From the IMG/VR virus record IMGVR_UViG_2645727704_000002, positions 1 through 25,772 of that record: a DNA stretch of 25,772 bases. One strand, given 5' to 3'. Under the pieces are notes generated by a model. The model saw only the letters and a list, made by a program, of their open reading frames with translations. It had not been told where the DNA came from and did not search any database. Position numbers and translations under genes: made by a program. Shown here piece by piece: positions 15,579-23,543 of the stretch. Each line of letters opens with the position of its first letter. Position 1 is the first letter of the stretch. Source of the stretch: a virus.

Positions 15579-15758
15579 ATGCCTGAACGAATTACTACCG
15601 TCCCGCTGGACGAAGAGTTCGACGGGTTGCTCAGGGAGTTGGCGAGACGCAAAGGGTTTGACCCTGGCGAGCTGGCCGCAGAGCTGATCCAGAAAGAGCT
15701 GAAGAAGAGAACCGCGCCACGCGCGCCACGCGGACCGGTTGTTCCGTTCCGTCGATAG
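15579..15758 (+). CDS. Second RHH-like small protein (59 aa, not in ORF track)
   Basis: GGAGG SD; MPERITTVPLDEEFDGLLRELARRKGFDPGELAAELIQKELKKRTAPRAPRGPVVPFRR. Confidence 0.7.
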   Translation: MPERITTVPLDEEFDGLLRELARRKGFDPGELAAELIQKELKKRTAPRAPRGPVVPFRR

Positions 15759-15792
15759 CCCCAATAGGGCCTCAAAAGAGCAGGAGAAGGGC

Positions 15793-15954
15793 ATGAAAAC
15801 CAGAGAGCCAAGCAAAGCCGAGATCGAAACCTTGAAGGAGGTTTTAGTGGCTTCGCTTCCGAACACGCAGGCGGACTGCCTGACAGAAATCGCCGTGCGT
15901 AGCGCGATCGCCGTCAAGGCAGCCTTTGAAAAGCTAAGTCAAGAGGTTAGCTGA
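15793..15954 (+). CDS. Hypothetical protein (53 aa)
   Basis: AGGAG SD before ATG 15793. Confidence 0.55.
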   Translation: MKTREPSKAEIETLKEVLVASLPNTQADCLTEIAVRSAIAVKAAFEKLSQEVS

Positions 15955-16144
15955 GGTCAGTGCTGCTCAAAGGCTCCCCCTTTGACGTCTCGAAGTATGC
16001 AGAGAGCTGTTTGTGGGTAGCGATGATCATCTCGGCTTCTCGACCTGGAATTCCAGCCTTCAGATGGCCTGCTCTGATCAGCTCAACGACAACCTGAAGA
16101 GCAGCAGTAGCAGAAGTTTTGTTCAGATTTACAACGTCAGTCAT
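15947..16144 (-). CDS. Counter-oriented small accessory gene (65 aa)
   Basis: GGAGG SD; overlaps the convergent ORF by 8 nt. Confidence 0.6.
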   Translation of the reverse strand: MTDVVNLNKTSATAALQVVVELIRAGHLKAGIPGREAEMIIATHKQLSAYFETSKGEPLSSTDLS

Positions 16145-16239
16145 GTCCGGCCTCCGATGGCCTTTTCGTGTGGAAGCAAAAAGCTACCACGGATGCGCCG
16201 GACACCCAATGCGGCACCGCATCACCGAAACGCAGGCAC

Positions 16240-16266
16240 AAAAAAGCCGGGATTACGGCCCGGCTA
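16240..16266 (-). terminator. Leftward intrinsic terminator (oop/t0-like position)
   Basis: Minus strand AGCCGGG-ccgtaat-CCCGGCT-TTTTT. Confidence 0.6.
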
Positions 16267-16295
16267 TCTGCAACACAAAACTCTGTAGAGGAATT

Positions 16296-17117
16296 ATGCA
16301 TATGCAGACCCCAAGTGTACAGGCCCTAATCCGGCCCGCGCCACAAAATGCGAACCACGATTTCGTGGCGCGCACGATGTCATCGCGCGAAATCGCCGAA
16401 CTGACTGGCAAGCAGCATCAGCACGTCAAGCGCGACATCGAAAAGATGCTCGGCGACCTGAAAGAAGATGCGTCCAAATTTGGACAGATCTATTTCGACT
16501 CGCAAAACCGGGCTCAGCGCGAGTACTGCCTGGACCGCGAGCATACCGACTGCCTGCTCACCGGCTACAGCGCAGCGATGCGCATGGCCGTCATCAAGCG
16601 CTGGCGCGAGCTGGAATCGCAAGTCGCCCTGGCACTGCCCGACTTCACCAACCCGGCCGCCGCCGCGCGCGCCTGGGCGGATCAGGTCGAGCAGAAGCAG
16701 GCCGCCGAGCAGGCACGCTTGCTACTGACAGTCGAAGTCCAGGCCCAGGCCACCAAGATCGAGCACCTCGAAAACCTGTTCAAGGAAGGCATGACCGCCA
16801 CCCAGTTCTGCAAGGGCCTCAATGGGGTCAACGTCATGCAGGTGAACGCCTTCCTCAAGGCGCGGAATTGGCTCTACGCCGAAGGCCGCTCTGGCACGCG
16901 CTACCGCGTTGCTGCCTACGCCCGCGACAAGTACATGACCGAGCACCAGCACGAAGTGACCCCGCACGGCAAGGACGCCTTCATCAGCTACACGCCGATC
17001 CTGCTGCGCAAAGGCGCGACTCGACTGTACGAGCTGTACCTGTCTGGCGACCTGCCCATGAAGAAGAACTGGGACGGCCTGCACACCCACGACAAGGCCG
17101 TGCGGGGTGCAGCATGA
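16296..17117 (+). CDS. Rha-family / antirepressor (KilAC-like) protein
   Basis: MSSREIAELTGKQHQHVKRDI Rha N-terminus; LPDFTNPAAAARAWAD linker; GAGG SD before ATG 16296. Confidence 0.85.
   Translation: MHMQTPSVQALIRPAPQNANHDFVARTMSSREIAELTGKQHQHVKRDIEKMLGDLKEDASKFGQIYFDSQNRAQREYCLDREHTDCLLTGYSAAMRMAVIKRWRELESQVALALPDFTNPAAAARAWADQVEQKQAAEQARLLLTVEVQAQATKIEHLENLFKEGMTATQFCKGLNGVNVMQVNAFLKARNWLYAEGRSGTRYRVAAYARDKYMTEHQHEVTPHGKDAFISYTPILLRKGATRLYELYLSGDLPMKKNWDGLHTHDKAVRGAA
16337..16372. repeat. Bipartite palindrome, copy 2
   Basis: CGCGCCACAAAAT-N10-ATTTCGTGGCGCG, in the 5' end of the rha CDS. Confidence 0.85.
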
Positions 17118-17293
17118 GCCCTGAAGACCGCGCTCGGATACAGCAGCTCTTTGACGATCAGCGCGCGCAAGCCATGACGAATCTGATTCGTGCGCACAAG
17201 GCTGAAAGCGATGCGCGGATTTTCCGAGCGCTCGCGTTGACCGGATGGCTCGTAGTGATCGGCTTGGCCCTGCAGTTGGGGGTATCAGCATGA
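17114..17293 (+). CDS. Small protein with C-terminal TM (59 aa)
   Basis: ATGA coupling at both ends; MSPEDRARI...LALTGWLVVIGLALQLGVSA. Confidence 0.6.
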   Translation: MSPEDRARIQQLFDDQRAQAMTNLIRAHKAESDARIFRALALTGWLVVIGLALQLGVSA

Positions 17294-18021
17294 GCATGGA
17301 ACTGATGGTCAAGGCCATGAAGACCAAGGTCGGCAATCCCCTGCGCAAGCTGGTGCTGATCAAGCTGGCCGACAATGCGAGCGACCAAGGCGAGTGCTGG
17401 CCGTCCTACCAGCACATTGCGGACCAGTGTGAGATCGACCGCAGCACCGTTCGCAAGCATATCAAGCAGCTGGAAATGCAGGGCCTGGTGCGCATCGAGA
17501 ACCGCGAAGGGCCGAAGGGGAATAGCTCGAACCTCTACCGCATCACCCTGTGCCGACCTGTAGGCCCAAACAGCACCCCTGTAGGCCCAGAAAGCACAGG
17601 TGTAGGCCCACAGCCTACAGGGGGTGTAGGCCCAGAAAGCACCAGAACCAGTCACTCTTTTGAACCAGTCACTGAACTAGTAGAGCAGGCGGTCGCTGCC
17701 GCTCCCTTGGCGAAGAAGAAGGCCCCCAAGTTCGACCCGCTCACCTGCAAGCCGATCAACGTCAGCGAACAGACCTGGGCCGACTGGTGCCAGCACCGCC
17801 GCGAGATCGGCAAGCGCCTGACCAAGACCACCTGCGAGCGCCAAGCCAAGACCCTGGCCGGCCACCACTCGCCTGACGCCGTGATCAACCAGTCGATCAG
17901 CAACGGCTGGACCGGCCTGTTCCCAGAGAAGGTGCTGCCGGGTGCCCAGCCGGGCCAGCGCCGCAACGGCCCCGACTTCAACGACACCAGCTGGCGTCAC
18001 GACACGAGCGATGACCTATGA
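17290..18021 (+). CDS. Replication initiator (O-analogue, N-terminal wHTH)
   Basis: KLVLIKLADNA...CWPSYQHIADQCE...SNLYRI; contains iterons; precedes the P-like gene. Confidence 0.85.
   Translation: MSMELMVKAMKTKVGNPLRKLVLIKLADNASDQGECWPSYQHIADQCEIDRSTVRKHIKQLEMQGLVRIENREGPKGNSSNLYRITLCRPVGPNSTPVGPESTGVGPQPTGGVGPESTRTSHSFEPVTELVEQAVAAAPLAKKKAPKFDPLTCKPINVSEQTWADWCQHRREIGKRLTKTTCERQAKTLAGHHSPDAVINQSISNGWTGLFPEKVLPGAQPGQRRNGPDFNDTSWRHDTSDDL
17559..17681 (+). repeat. Replication origin iterons
   Basis: TGTAGGCCCA at 17559, 17580, 17601, 17625 (spacing 21/21/24); GAACCAGTCACT at 17645 and 17662. Confidence 0.85.
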
Positions 18022-18755
18022 AAAACGTCACTCAACTGGTGCCTGCCGCTGCGCGGGCGCTGCGTACCACTGGCCAGGTGCCGGTCGCTTCCCAGCCGTT
18101 GGGCGTTGTCGACGACCAGACCGGCGAGGTGGTGGAGAAGATCTTCCGCCAGCTGCAGGGGATTTTCCCGGCCTACAAGCAGGCCTGGCCTGATGACCGC
18201 GCGCTGAACACTGCTCGGCGCAACTGGACCGCAGCCCTGGTGGACGCCGGTATCAGCAGCATCGAGCAGGTGCGCTACGCCATCCTGCAATGCCGCCGCA
18301 GCGGATCGCCGTTCGCCCCGAGCGTTGGCCAGTTCATCGCCTGGTGCAAGCCGACGCCAGAGCAGTTGGGCCTGCCAGAGGCCGAGGACGCCTGGATGCA
18401 GGCGCTGATGGCCAAGTACAGCCACGAAGCCGTGCGCCTGGCCGCCATCGAGACCGGCGTCTTCGACCTGCGCGCCGCCCGCCAGGACGACAAGAGCCTG
18501 CGCAGTCGCTTCGACCGGGCCTACGAGATCATCGTGCGACGCGCCCAGGAGGGCAAACCCCTCGACGGCAAGATCGCCACCGGCATCGGCCACGACAGCC
18601 AGAAGAGCCTGGCCCAGCTCGCAGAGGAGCACGCCGCCCAGCGCCAGGTGCGCCTGCTGGAGATCCAGGGGATCCCAACCACCGCAGCCGCTGCCCGAGC
18701 GCAGTTGCTGGCCAAGTTCAAGCGCGGGCCTGTGGCCGGCAAGGAGTGCAAGTGA
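18018..18755 (+). CDS. Lambda P-like replication protein (helicase loader)
   Basis: IFRQLQGIFPA ... RRSGSPFAPSVGQFIAWC motif; ATGA-coupled to the initiator. Confidence 0.82.
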   Translation: MKNVTQLVPAAARALRTTGQVPVASQPLGVVDDQTGEVVEKIFRQLQGIFPAYKQAWPDDRALNTARRNWTAALVDAGISSIEQVRYAILQCRRSGSPFAPSVGQFIAWCKPTPEQLGLPEAEDAWMQALMAKYSHEAVRLAAIETGVFDLRAARQDDKSLRSRFDRAYEIIVRRAQEGKPLDGKIATGIGHDSQKSLAQLAEEHAAQRQVRLLEIQGIPTTAAAARAQLLAKFKRGPVAGKECK

Positions 18756-18949
18756 TGCGCAAGTTCAAAGCTCACGGCCTGAATTCGTGGATGATCCGCC
18801 GCCCATGGCTGGCTCGTCTGTACCTGCTGGCACTGCTGCCGTTCACTCCGATCATTTTCTCTGTCGCGATCCTTTGGCAAAACCGTCGAGATTTCCGGGA
18901 GATCCCCGAGTTGATTTCAGCCATTTTCCTGCCTTGGGAGCAGCACTGA
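18755..18949 (+). CDS. Small membrane protein (64 aa)
   Basis: TGATG coupling; TM LYLLALLPFTPIIFSVAILW. Confidence 0.6.
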   Translation: MRKFKAHGLNSWMIRRPWLARLYLLALLPFTPIIFSVAILWQNRRDFREIPELISAIFLPWEQH

Positions 18950-19206
18950 TGGACACCAACAAGATGCGCGCAGAGTTTGAGGCCAGCCCGAAGTTCAGGG
19001 GAATGGATTTCACTCGGTCGTCCACGCACCCCGAGTTCTACGAAAGCCCATACGCGAATGGCGCCTGGGATGGCTGGCAGGCCTCACGCGAGGCCGTAGT
19101 GGTGCAACTTCCGGCGACCGGCACTCTGCTTGCGCCTGGCTGGAATCAGGGTGTTCGCGCCTGTGGCGAAGCAATCGAGGCCCAAGGCCTGAAGGTGAAG
19201 TCATGA
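18949..19206 (+). CDS. Hypothetical nin-region protein (85 aa)
   Basis: MDTNKMRAEFEA...AWDGWQASRE...AIEAQGLKVK; TGATG coupling. Confidence 0.7.
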   Translation: MDTNKMRAEFEASPKFRGMDFTRSSTHPEFYESPYANGAWDGWQASREAVVVQLPATGTLLAPGWNQGVRACGEAIEAQGLKVKS

Positions 19207-19334
19207 AGCGCACCTGGACCATAACCGTAGGCACCCGCCGGTTCTCGATGGTGCTGTTGGAGCAGGCCCTGGATCACGCCGGGGCTCTGCGTGAGGCGCA
19301 GTTGATCTGGCCTGAGTGTGAGGTGCTGGCATGA
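19203..19334 (+). CDS. Hypothetical protein (43 aa, not in ORF track)
   Basis: MKRTWTITVGTRRFSMVLLEQALDHAGALREAQLIWPECEVLA; ATGA overlaps at both ends. Confidence 0.6.
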   Translation: MKRTWTITVGTRRFSMVLLEQALDHAGALREAQLIWPECEVLA

Positions 19335-19618
19335 GCAAAAGACACCCAATGCAGCCTGTAGTGGTGGCGGCCGACGGCGTTATCCGCTTCAAGGCAAATC
19401 AGATCGTCAGCGACATGCTTGAAGTTTGCCGGAAGCATGGCCTCGACCTGAATGAGATCGCCGCGCGCGATTATGAAAAAGATGATCGGTCGCAGCTCAT
19501 GCAGTTGATCGGCTACAGCGTCAGCGGCTACGGCAATCTGGAGTGCTCACGCGCCAAGCATGTGATGCGGGCCGATCAAAAGGCTGAGGCCATGGCCAAG
19601 GCGGTGAGCCATGACTGA
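19331..19618 (+). CDS. Hypothetical phage protein (95 aa)
   Basis: HPMQP...GVIRFKANQIV...QLIGYSVSGY. Confidence 0.75.
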   Translation: MSKRHPMQPVVVAADGVIRFKANQIVSDMLEVCRKHGLDLNEIAARDYEKDDRSQLMQLIGYSVSGYGNLECSRAKHVMRADQKAEAMAKAVSHD

Positions 19619-20081
19619 CCGCATCAGTGTCAACAGCACCACCAAGCTATCCGAAGCCATCAGCAAGCTGACCAGCATGTTCCGCGACAAGAAGTTCGTG
19701 GTAGTCAGCCTGCGCCCGGGCAGAGACCGCACCCTTGACCAGAACGCGCTGTGGTTCGCGTTCTACAAGCGCATCGCGGAGATGACCCAGATCGGCGACG
19801 CCGCAGATGCCCGACGCTACTGCAAGCTGCACATCGGCGTGCAGATCCTGCTCAACGAAGACGTCGAGTTCCAGCAGGCCTGGTACCGGGTCATGCGCCA
19901 CCTGCCATACGAGGAGAAGCTGGCGATGATGGGGGAGTGCAAGCTCTTCGGCCCGGACGGGTTCCCGGTGACCAGTCTGTTCAACCGCGCCCAGGGCGTG
20001 GCGTACACCGACCGCATCCTGGCCGAGTTCACGCCCAAGGGTGTTTTCTTCGGCGACCTGGTGGGCGAGGTGGCGGCATGA
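19611..20081 (+). CDS. ninB: NinB/Orf-like recombination accessory protein
   Basis: RTLDQNALW motif, VTSLFNR near the C-terminus; nin-region position. Confidence 0.6.
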   Translation: MTDRISVNSTTKLSEAISKLTSMFRDKKFVVVSLRPGRDRTLDQNALWFAFYKRIAEMTQIGDAADARRYCKLHIGVQILLNEDVEFQQAWYRVMRHLPYEEKLAMMGECKLFGPDGFPVTSLFNRAQGVAYTDRILAEFTPKGVFFGDLVGEVAA

Positions 20082-20377
20082 AGGCACAGGAGAAGAACCT
20101 TCCTCGCAACAACGATACAGGCACCTGGGAGAGCGATGGCTGGATCGGCTGCTATGGACGCGGCGTCACGCGCAGGGCTACTCAGTTCCTGGTGCTGGTG
20201 GCCGCCGGGCTGAACTCGAAGACCATCGCTCAGCGCTTTTGCATGAGTCATGAGTCGGTCAACCAGCGGCTAAGCGATGCTCGGTTTCATCTCGGCGCCA
20301 AGACTCGCGCGGAACTGGTGGCCAAGGCCATGGCGCGCGGCGTGATCATGCCCAAGGAGGCCGAGCCATGCGCGTAG
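20078..20377 (+). CDS. Stand-alone LuxR-type HTH protein (99 aa)
   Basis: VAAGLNSKTIAQRFCMSHESV...LGAKTRAELVAKAMARGVI; ATGA coupling. Confidence 0.75.
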   Translation: MKAQEKNLPRNNDTGTWESDGWIGCYGRGVTRRATQFLVLVAAGLNSKTIAQRFCMSHESVNQRLSDARFHLGAKTRAELVAKAMARGVIMPKEAEPCA

Positions 20378-20583
20378 TCATGCCTCACCAATGCGAATGT
20401 CACCGCTGCATCGAAGAGCACCGGTTAGGCATGGAAGGTCCATTCGGCTGGGTGCCGTTGTCGTCCACCAAGATGATTCTGTGCCCGGTGTGTGGCTGCA
20501 AGCGCTGCCCCCGTGCGAGTGATCACGACCTGGCGTGCACCGGCAGCAATGAGCCAGGCCAGCCAGGGAGCGTGTACCAATGA
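20368..20583 (+). CDS. Cys-rich putative zinc-binding protein
   Basis: CECHRC ... CPVCGCKRCPRASDHDLAC. Confidence 0.7.
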   Translation: MRVVMPHQCECHRCIEEHRLGMEGPFGWVPLSSTKMILCPVCGCKRCPRASDHDLACTGSNEPGQPGSVYQ

Positions 20584-21179
20584 GCCTCCTCAAGCCATCA
20601 AAGCCGAAGAAATGCCGCGCCCCAGGCTGCGGCAAGCCCTTCCATCCAACCATGAGCACTCAGAAGGTGTGCAGCATTGCCTGTGCTCGCGCAATTGCCA
20701 AAGACCCAAAGCTGCAGAAGGTTGCGGCCAAGGCCATCACCAAGCAGAAGCGCCAAGACCTGCAGGAGCGCCGCGAGAAGCTCAAGACGAAGGGTGAGCA
20801 CCTACGAGAGGCCCAAGCCGCGTTCAACGCTTACATCCGCGAGCGGGACCGTCTGGCGGGGTATGCGTGCATCTCCAGCGGCCGACCACTGGACTGGAAC
20901 GGCAATGCGGTCGACGCCGGCCATTACCGCAGCACCGGCGCCGCCCCGCACCTGCGCTTCGACGAAAACAACTGCCACGCCCAGTCGAAGCACGATAACC
21001 GCTACCTGTCCGGCAACGTGGCCGAGTACCGCCTGGGCCTGATCCAGCGCATTGGCCTGGCCGCCGTTGAAGCGCTCGAGGCCGACCAGGCACCGCGCCG
21101 CTACACCATCGAAGACCTTCAGGCCATCAAGGCCACCTACCGCCAGAAACTCCGTGACCTGAAGAGGGCCGCAGCATGA
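20580..21179 (+). CDS. ninG: NinG/Rap-family junction endonuclease
   Basis: KPKKC, QKVCS, AQAAFNAYIRERD, CISSG, DAGHYRSTGAAPHLRFDENNCHAQ. Confidence 0.9.
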   Translation: MSLLKPSKPKKCRAPGCGKPFHPTMSTQKVCSIACARAIAKDPKLQKVAAKAITKQKRQDLQERREKLKTKGEHLREAQAAFNAYIRERDRLAGYACISSGRPLDWNGNAVDAGHYRSTGAAPHLRFDENNCHAQSKHDNRYLSGNVAEYRLGLIQRIGLAAVEALEADQAPRRYTIEDLQAIKATYRQKLRDLKRAAA

Positions 21180-21766
21180 AATTGAACAGTGCACGTCAGG
21201 CCTGGCACGACTGCTACTACTCGGCCTGGGACAGCCAGGGGGCATTCATCGAAAACCTGGGACTGCTCGGGGCCATGGTCCAGACCACCGAGAAGCAGCG
21301 GAAGGCGAGCCACGCCATGCACCAGGCCCTGGCCGGCTGCATACAGCAGGCGATCAGCACGCTGCCTGATCCGCTTCGGGCGTTTGGAAGCTGGATGTAC
21401 AACCCGGTCGAGAACCACGACGACCGCGAGCAGGCCGAGGAGATGGTGTTTCTCGTCGCGTACAACGCAGGTCCGAAGATGTATGCCAAGAAGTTCGAGA
21501 AGGCTCGCACGGTCGCTGCCGGGGTGCTGCACCGGTACCGCCGACTGCACCAGGGAGGGCAGAGCGAAGGTATCGACCCATGCCCAACGCCTGAGGTGTT
21601 CCGCGCCTGGCTGCTGGCCATCCATGGGCTTGAGCTTTCATCCGAGCAGTGGGGAAGGGAGTGGGAGGGGTTCATCGACGCTTGTTTCGCCGCATGCAGC
21701 GACCTGGACCGTGACGCGCTGGTGCCCATTTCCCGGGTTTTGAAAGAGATGAAAATGGCCGCTTGA
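21176..21766 (+). CDS. Probable late-gene antiterminator (Q-like)
   Basis: Lies between ninG and PR'/tR'; function inferred mainly from synteny. Confidence 0.6.
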   Translation: MKLNSARQAWHDCYYSAWDSQGAFIENLGLLGAMVQTTEKQRKASHAMHQALAGCIQQAISTLPDPLRAFGSWMYNPVENHDDREQAEEMVFLVAYNAGPKMYAKKFEKARTVAAGVLHRYRRLHQGGQSEGIDPCPTPEVFRAWLLAIHGLELSSEQWGREWEGFIDACFAACSDLDRDALVPISRVLKEMKMAA

Positions 21767-21808
21767 CGAAATGTCCGGCTGGTGACACTATTTCGCCATT
21801 CTGACAAT
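21763..21808 (+). promoter_or_regulatory. Late promoter PR' with a -10-like pause element
   Basis: TTGACG (21763)-17-CACTAT (21786); GACAAT at 21803 in the initially transcribed region. Confidence 0.7.
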
Positions 21809-21834
21809 TTTGCCTTTGGCAAACGCATCACATG

Positions 21835-21859
21835 ACCCGGCCCTCGCGCCGGGTTTTTT
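21835..21859 (+). terminator. tR'-like intrinsic terminator
   Basis: ACCCGGC-cctcgc-GCCGGGT-TTTTT. Confidence 0.85.
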
Positions 21860-21897
21860 ATTGCCCCGAGAGGCCCTCAAGAGTCCCCGGAGGCTCA

Positions 21898-22155
21898 GTG
21901 ACCCGATCCACCTGCTGGAGCCTACTGGCCCTTGGCCTGGCGATGCTCAACTTCGTCATGCACCGCGACATCAGCAGCAACATTTTCTTTGCTGCGTTCA
22001 TCTTCATCCAGGCCGTCATTAGCCCTTCTGCAGAAGTCGCAGTGATATCGCGCAAGCTGATCAACTTCGTATTTTGCGCAGGATCAGCGCTGCTGACCTT
22101 TGGCGTCTTGGCTCGCCTGATGGGCTTCGAGTGGCAACACCCGGCCTCATGGTAG
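21898..22155 (+). CDS. Three-TM membrane protein (85 aa)
   Basis: GGAGG SD before GTG 21898; three hydrophobic segments. Confidence 0.6.
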   Translation: MTRSTCWSLLALGLAMLNFVMHRDISSNIFFAAFIFIQAVISPSAEVAVISRKLINFVFCAGSALLTFGVLARLMGFEWQHPASW

Positions 22156-22192
22156 GCCGCATAACACCGAGATCGCTCGGTCTGGAGCGAGC

Positions 22193-22606
22193 ATGAGCGC
22201 AGAAGGCACAGCCGGCGCACTCACGATGGGACTGGCGAATGGCGCGGGCATGGCGGTTGCCACGCAGATTCCACTGGATTACGGGCTTCTTCTTGGCGCG
22301 GCCGGTGGTTGCTGTGGATTCCTGGCTGCTTCCGCCAAGATTCCTCTGGGTAGCAGATTCCTTTACGGTGTCTTTTCCTTCGTCGCCGGCTACATCGCTG
22401 GCGTAATCGCCATGAACTTCACAGACTACAACGGCGTGACCGCAGGCGTAGCGCTTGTGGTCTCCTCCATCGCCTCCTTCATGCTCGGATCCCTCAAGGA
22501 CTGGCGAGACGGCGGGCCGAAACCCGAATGGCTGGATTGGGGCCGCGATCTCTTGGGAGGGCTCATCCCGCCTTTCTTCAAGAGAGGGAAGCGCGAAGAT
22601 GGATAA
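22193..22606 (+). CDS. Putative holin (multi-TM)
   Basis: Three to four TM segments, charged basic C-terminus, lysis-cassette position. Confidence 0.65.
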   Translation: MSAEGTAGALTMGLANGAGMAVATQIPLDYGLLLGAAGGCCGFLAASAKIPLGSRFLYGVFSFVAGYIAGVIAMNFTDYNGVTAGVALVVSSIASFMLGSLKDWRDGGPKPEWLDWGRDLLGGLIPPFFKRGKREDG

Positions 22607-22970
22607 CATCTCCTACGCACTGACCATGGCTGGGGTTTACTTCCATGCTTTTGCCATGTGGCTTGATGGCGTGATCCCCGACGCGCTACTCACAATCCGT
22701 GGTAGCTGTCATTTCCTGATTTTCTTGGCCGTAGCTGGATATAGGAAGGCTACTGGTAAGCATAGGCGCGTTATTGGTGGCATCGCCTTCGCATTCGCTG
22801 GCGCGAACTTCACAGAGTCGATTCGGGTGATTTACAAGTTCAACGAGTTCTCAAGCGTCGTTCAGCCACCGCTGACGATCATCATGCTCTGCATCCTGTT
22901 CTTTGTGCTGTATGCCCGAGGCAACATGGCTCGCCTCCTGCCTCCACGCCTGAGCGACATGCTGAGGTAG
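22599..22970 (+). CDS. Putative holin / antiholin-family membrane protein
   Basis: ATG 22599; three TM segments; C-terminal ARGNMARLL. Confidence 0.65.
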   Translation: MDNISYALTMAGVYFHAFAMWLDGVIPDALLTIRGSCHFLIFLAVAGYRKATGKHRRVIGGIAFAFAGANFTESIRVIYKFNEFSSVVQPPLTIIMLCILFFVLYARGNMARLLPPRLSDMLR

Positions 22971-23007
22971 CGCGCCACAAAATCGACATGCGCCGTTTTG
23001 TGGCGCG
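22971..23007. repeat. Bipartite palindrome, copy 3
   Basis: CGCGCCACAAAAT-N11-GTTTTGTGGCGCG, intergenic, abutting the terS SD. Confidence 0.85.
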
Positions 23008-23016
23008 AGGTATCCC

Positions 23017-23541
23017 ATGACAACCAAGCAACCCGACTGGGAGGCGATTGAACGTGCCTACCGGGCCGGTTCGCTTTCCATCCGCACCATCGCTGAGCGG
23101 AACAGCATCAGCGACACCGCGATTCGCGCCAAGGCGAGGAAGAACGGGTGGGCGCGTGACCTCACTGACCAGGTCCGCCAAGCCGCCAAGGCCAAGCTGG
23201 TTCGCACCGAGGTTCGCGCGGGAGGTTCGCACTGCGAACCGCGAACTGACGATGAGATCGTAGAGGAAGCTGCTACCGAGGCCGCCTCTGTCGTTCTGGC
23301 TCACCGCACTGGCCTGGCGAACTGGCGCTCCATTGCCGACAAGCTGTCCGTGGCCCTGGCTGAGATCGATGTCAACGAAGACAACTTGGGCGACTTCTCC
23401 CGAGCGCTGAACGCGGGCGTCGATGCCCAGCTCAAGGTCATTAAGGGCGAGCGCCAGGCATACGGCCTCGATGCCGAGGAAGGCGACAAGACGGTCGACA
23501 CCCTGGCCAGCCTGATGGATGAACTATCGAAGGAAGCCTGA
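23017..23541 (+). CDS. terS: Terminase small subunit
   Basis: PDWEAIERAYRAG HTH ... AIRAKARKNGWARD ... ERQAYGLD; directly upstream of terL. Confidence 0.82.
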   Translation: MTTKQPDWEAIERAYRAGSLSIRTIAERNSISDTAIRAKARKNGWARDLTDQVRQAAKAKLVRTEVRAGGSHCEPRTDDEIVEEAATEAASVVLAHRTGLANWRSIADKLSVALAEIDVNEDNLGDFSRALNAGVDAQLKVIKGERQAYGLDAEEGDKTVDTLASLMDELSKEA

Positions 23542-23543
23542 CC

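Noticed and set aside
15713-15730. CGCGCCAC half-sites resembling the 37-bp palindrome
   Set aside because: Tandem rather than inverted, lack AAAAT, and are explained by the APRAPR coding sequence.
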